DNA of 63,908 nucleotides, filler included, from Licmophora abbreviata (lineage: Eukaryota): NCBI GenBank assembly GCA_900291995.1. It is 16 parts of 16 records of this genome, joined end to end, with 100 filler letters (N's around TTAATTAATTAA, not from the genome) between each part and the next. Parts side by side here need not be neighbours in the genome. Positions count along the whole stretch, not along the records: positions 59,993 to 62,639 come from OLMU01001805.1; positions 62,740 to 63,908 come from OLMU01001816.1; 14 more parts are not named here. One strand, written 5' to 3'. Positions 62,403 to 63,908 of this stretch are shown here, piece by piece. The notes under the pieces were generated by a model. It worked only from the letters and a program-made list of their open reading frames with translations. It was not told the origin of the DNA and did no database searches. The position numbers and the translations under genes were made by a program. Positions within the stretch are counted from its first letter, which is position 1; every line of letters begins with the position of its first letter.

Positions 62403-62639
62403 ATGTTGACACGCGTTGATCCTGAGCTGAGCAAGCAGGTGGCCGGGGCCATGAAGCCCCATGCCATCATCATCGGGGCGGGCCTTGGCGGGCTGGCTTC
62501 TGCCATGAGGTTGGGAGCGAAAGGATATCGCGTCACGGTTCTCGACAGGCTCGATTCGCCCGGTGGGCGCGGCTCGTCGATCACCCAGAACGGCCATCGC
62601 TTCGATCTGGGGCCGACGATCGTCACGGTGCCGCAGGTG
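62403..62639 (+). CDS. crtI: phytoene desaturase, N-terminal fragment
   Basis: 'IIGAGLGGLASAMRLGAKGYRVTVLDRLDSPGGRG...FDLGPT'; divergent from crtA. Start is 62403 or 62451. Confidence 0.9.
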
Positions 62640-62739
62640 NNNNNNNNNNNNNNNNNNNNNNNNNNNNNNNNNNNNNNNNNNNNTTAATTAATTAANNNNN
62701 NNNNNNNNNNNNNNNNNNNNNNNNNNNNNNNNNNNNNNN

Positions 62740-63908
<1,169 letters not shown>

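Noticed and set aside
1778..62739. 15 copies of N-TTAATTAATTAA-N (100 nt each)
   Set aside because: Artificial contig linker with stops in all six frames. It is not a biological repeat, CRISPR or CtrA site, and the true gap sizes are unknown.
62640..62739. Apparent crtI-bchN adjacency as a novel PGC arrangement
   Set aside because: The two genes are separated by a linker and both are truncated, so many genes may be missing between them.

Overview
This is a draft-assembly window from a high-GC alphaproteobacterium. Gene content points to the Rhodobacteraceae/Roseobacter group, and it is a bacteriochlorophyll-containing phototroph. It consists of 16 contig pieces joined by 15 artificial 100-nt N-TTAATTAATTAA-N linkers. 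The contigs appear correctly ordered because several genes continue across the linkers, and there are several probable single-base indel errors. The main accessory feature is a 13.3-kb phage-satellite-like island (3200-16492) inserted in the 3' end of tRNA-Glu(TTC) with a 19-bp direct repeat. Its core is a P4-type integrase, AlpA, a winged-helix protein, a primase-polymerase, a likely origin and an HGG-motif Cys/His protein. Its cargo looks like an anti-phage hotspot: a PIN-domain gene, then an Mrr-like nuclease directly upstream of a STAND/NACHT NTPase of at least 1330 aa whose PD-(D/E)XK nuclease is C-terminal. Shared short palindromic motifs separate the cargo units. The rest is mostly core chromosome: tex, recJ, glpX, hom, pirin, a Tad trio, gdh, dnaG, rpoD, nrdR-ribD, kpsC-wza-kpsS and ribE. 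It also holds a GntR/TTT/ABC block next to a palindromic repeat, a LysR-ALDH-dipeptidase-BCCT-unknown-DUF3726 catabolic operon, and the edge of the photosynthesis gene cluster (bchO, bchD, bchI, crtA, crtI, bchN, bchF). All product calls come from motif recognition by eye; no database was searched.
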